Source: Candidatus Margulisiibacteriota bacterium (GTDB taxonomy: Bacteria; Margulisbacteria; WOR-1; O2-12-FULL-45-9). From it: DNA of 16,612 nucleotides. Of the stretch, positions 14,501-16,612 are shown one piece after another (within the stretch, counting starts at the first letter, position 1; each line of letters begins with the position of its first letter). The notes beneath the pieces were generated by a model. It was not told the DNA's origin. It was given only the letters and a program-made list of their open reading frames with translations, and did not search any database. A program made the position numbers and the translations under genes. The DNA lies in contig JBDRHP010000009.1 in NCBI GenBank assembly GCA_043816785.1, forward strand, positions 1-16,612, in the 5' to 3' direction.

Positions 14501-16612
14501 GCCCGGGCTGAAGAACAATGAGGCTGTGGCAGTTACTTTATCGCTATCAGTTACGCCCTCAACTGTGCCGATCCAAGAACCAGAACCTTCAGCAGTAACT
14601 GTCCCTAGATAGACTTGCCCCTCACCCTGATTATCGCCGCCAGGCGTTGCCTCAGTCTTAAATATCTCGATCGTGGCGCCAGATGTGGCAGTACCGGTCA
14701 GAGTCGTGTACTGCGAGCCGTCATAAATTGCCTGACTGATCACTGGATATGAAATATTCTGATTAGAACCAATAGCAATATAAATCCCTTTATTCGCATT
14801 GCTTTCCATGGTGTTTTGAGTAATTAGATCGTATGTTGACAAGCCACTCACCTCAACGCCATAATCTCCATTATGAGCAATAATATTAGCCGGGCCAATG
14901 GTATTATAGTTAGAGTTAGACCAGAGCCAGATACCACTATCATCATTGCCCAGGCTAGCCCCTGTAGCAGAAACACCAATATAATTACCAACTACTTCGT
15001 TACTAGAAGCGTCACTAAAAAAGATGCCGTAAGTTGTATTACCTGAAATAATATTGCGGTCAGCTGGATCAGTTGTACCAATTATATTGTAATTAGCAGT
15101 AGTGGGCAGGTAGAGACCCACATTGTTGGCAACTGCTGCAGTGCCATTGGCATTTGTACCAATATAGTTGCCCAGAATCCAGTTGTGGTCAGAAGCAGAA
15201 CCAAAATAGATACCCTGCCCACCACTTTGCCCAGAGATTACATTACTTTCTATAGTATTGTAATCTGCTGACCCCATCGCAATACCATCACCCTGATTGC
15301 CTGCTGGAGTCGCGCCATCTGGCAATAAACCAATATAGTTGTTCCTGATTTCATTGTAAGAGACTCCACTCATTTCAATGCCGTCATTGCCATTGCCTGA
15401 AATATAATTTCGTTCACTGGGTATCCCGCCGATTAGACAATTATTTGAATTGCTCAAAGACACCCCAGATTGAGTATTACCTAGCGCAGTCCCTGCAGAC
15501 GATAAACCAATATAATTGCCTTTGATTAATATCCTGTTTGAAGAGTTAATTTCAATGGCATCATTGCTACTGCCGCACAAAATGTTTCGCTCAGCCACAG
15601 TTGAACCGCCGATTGTATTATCATCAGAGGATGATAAATAAATAGCATTATAATTGCCTAAAGCAACAGTACCACTAGCGTCGGTTCCAATATAATTGCC
15701 AATTATCCGAGTAAAATTAGACGAACTAGTTAAAGCAATCCCATAGTCATTGGGCCCAGTATGGCCAGAGATTACGTTAGCTTCAATCGTATTGTAGTCA
15801 GATGACGAAAGCGAAATACCATCTTCGGCATTTGGAATGGCATAAGCACCAGAGGTTGCCAAGCCAATATAGTTATTTTGGATAATATTATAATTATTGC
15901 CAGATAATAGGAAAATACCATTATAAGCATTTTGGCTGATGTAGTTCCTTTTAGCTGCGGTATCCCCACCAATGGTATTGTATGAAGAGCCGCTATCCAG
16001 GAGTACACCGTAATTATTCCCTACCCCTGATCCTTCACCTGTCACGCCAGAAGCCGATAAACCAATATAGTTACCCCAAATATCGTTACTATGTGAATTA
16101 TTTAAAGATATGCCGTTTGCATTTCCTGAAATTACGTTACGGTCAGCTGAAGTAGTGCCTCCAAGTCGGTTGTAGTTAGCTCCATTTGACAGGTATATGC
16201 CATATTGATTTGTATAAGTGCCATACTTAGCCTCACCTATTGGGGATACACCAATATAGCAACCACGAACAGCATTATAGTCACCCGCATCTATCATAAT
16301 GGCTTTACTGGAGCCGGCTGAAAAGCCATTGATTGCCAAACCTTCAACAGTACAATTGTTTGCGGTGAGCATTAAACCGTCCTGCAAAACAGCTGAATTT
16401 TTTATTTCAACCTTTGGCCCCAGAGCATTATTAGCTTCACGCGTTTGGCTTGAGCCGCGGATATAAATATTGTTATTACTAATAGTTGTCAAGGCAGGCC
16501 ATCCAACAATGATCCTGAACCAGGTATCACTGCCGCTGGTCACCAATCCAGGATAAGCTTCACCTGTAGAGTAGCCTGCTTCCTGAGTAGTGATATCAAA
16601 GATGATCTCCCA
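11552..16612 (-). CDS. Giant secreted/surface protein (>1680 aa, 5' end outside window): parallel beta-helix region, tandem Ig/FN3-like repeats, C-terminal FlgD-Ig-like domain
   Basis: Frame is open to the window edge (WEIIFDITTQEAG...). GNYIG...GN..GI...N.IGG...RN.ISGN repeats; A/B module repeats; C-terminal PSPFAP...GYNEISYNG...GNGVYVFKV domain. Confidence 0.85.
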   Translation of the reverse strand, partial: WEIIFDITTQEAGYSTGEAYPGLVTSGSDTWFRIIVGWPALTTISNNNIYIRGSSQTREANNALGPKVEIKNSAVLQDGLMLTANNCTVEGLAINGFSAGSSKAIMIDAGDYNAVRGCYIGVSPIGEAKYGTYTNQYGIYLSNGANYNRLGGTTSADRNVISGNANGISLNNSHSNDIWGNYIGLSASGVTGEGSGVGNNYGVLLDSGSSYNTIGGDTAAKRNYISQNAYNGIFLLSGNNYNIIQNNYIGLATSGAYAIPNAEDGISLSSSDYNTIEANVISGHTGPNDYGIALTSSSNFTRIIGNYIGTDASGTVALGNYNAIYLSSSDDNTIGGSTVAERNILCGSSNDAIEINSSNRILIKGNYIGLSSAGTALGNTQSGVSLSNSNNCLIGGIPSERNYISGNGNDGIEMSGVSYNEIRNNYIGLLPDGATPAGNQGDGIAMGSADYNTIESNVISGQSGGQGIYFGSASDHNWILGNYIGTNANGTAAVANNVGLYLPTTANYNIIGTTDPADRNIISGNTTYGIFFSDASSNEVVGNYIGVSATGASLGNDDSGIWLWSNSNYNTIGPANIIAHNGDYGVEVSGLSTYDLITQNTMESNANKGIYIAIGSNQNISYPVISQAIYDGSQYTTLTGTATSGATIEIFKTEATPGGDNQGEGQVYLGTVTAEGSGSWIGTVEGVTDSDKVTATASLFFSPGYTSEFAINKDVFSDSSAPTVTVESPNGGEQWMGGVTYEVTWTATDETGIDEIRLYYTTGSGWTTIATGEANDGTYDWQTPAINSNSVRVSIEAVDSSPQHNVGTDESDANFTIDSNPPSAPNLVTPTDGSTIADNTPTLTWEAATDNLSGIGSYEITLDSTLITQGATTTYTTGTLSEGFHTWEVRARDVAGNWGSANTAITFEVDTAGPTLTTIEVRDTTSLSQIYTDNRVVSVEAIGVSGSPTQMIISESSSFAGASWVSYLNPTTFEVSAGDGTKEVYYKLRDVSSNESASVEASIILDTTGPSAPTLVTPADGSTTGDTTPALTWEASTDTFSRVGSYEITLDSALITQEAVTIYTSEALSDGLHTWEVRARDVAGNWGSASTAFTFEVSTIRPSVTGITLRDITTLDPNYTNDRVVSVEASGVLGSPTQMVISESATFEGSSWASYLNPTTFEVSAGDGTKEVYYKLRNVSSNESASVEASIVLDTTGPSAPTIVTPANGSTTGDTTPTLTWEASTDTFSGVGSYEITLDSTLITQGAVTIYTSEALSYGLHTWKVRARDVAGNWGSASTTFTFEVSTIGPSVAGITLRDITTLDPNYTNDRTVSVEASGVSGGPTQMVLSESATFSGASWISYLNPTTFEVSAGDGTKEVFYKLRDAALVESATVEASIILDTTSPEAPSLVSPPDGSSTNEATPTFSWSATTDATSGVASYEITINSPTIVATFSANTTSYTSRALDDGMHSWKMRTKDRADNWGPFSSSWHVTVMIDSVSPEVSISIADRGIKSGDSIDSQTTEFEITMTDDSSLAASTTNVYFDDTAVSYFIKTLTDNLIELTYAPGVLTDGKHSIKAQVADAAGNVGIKEVVDLTVVTGPVAIKDIIVSPSPFAPSSGQSVKIAYVLSKDADLRILMYSISGELAWNRIFASGAIGGLAGYNEISYNGISDTTGMPAGNGVYVFKVVADNKVIGKGHIVVYE
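12190..14165 (-). repeat. Intragenic tandem repeat, 564-bp (188-aa) period, ~3.5 units
   Basis: The Trp codon of the GNWG/DNWG motif recurs at 13919, 13355, 12791 and 12218 (spacings 564, 564, 573); middle copies are nearly identical at DNA level. Confidence 0.9.

Noticed and set aside
766..16008. Remaining short antisense or alternate-frame ORFs in the track
   Set aside because: All lie within better-supported genes and show no motifs; treated as shadow ORFs.

Overview
Chromosomal DNA from a diderm bacterium, most likely the replication-terminus region. All credible genes left of ~6.0 kb are on the + strand and all to the right are on the - strand. They converge on a 176-bp intergenic region (5947-6122) holding a 28-bp XerCD dif-like site (6038-6065). 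This site has a symmetric inverted 8-mer pair either side and a perfect DnaA box 64 bp away, and six KOPS-like GGGNAGGG octamers in the window all point towards it. The left arm is accessory. It carries an exported NHL-repeat protein, a secreted-protein gene truncated by a ~983-bp DDE (IS481/IS3-like) insertion sequence whose transposase has an amber stop at codon 11, and a small beta-barrel OMP. It also carries two orphan genes behind sigma28-like promoters: a putative Cys-His-Asn transglutaminase/papain-fold enzyme and an internally duplicated helical protein. The right arm is one overlapping operon-like run: a giant beta-helix/Ig-repeat surface protein (starting outside the window), acpS, nnrD, mlaE, mlaF, an mlaD with a C-terminal beta-barrel, and an LptD-like protein. 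All calls come from manual reading; no database searches were run.
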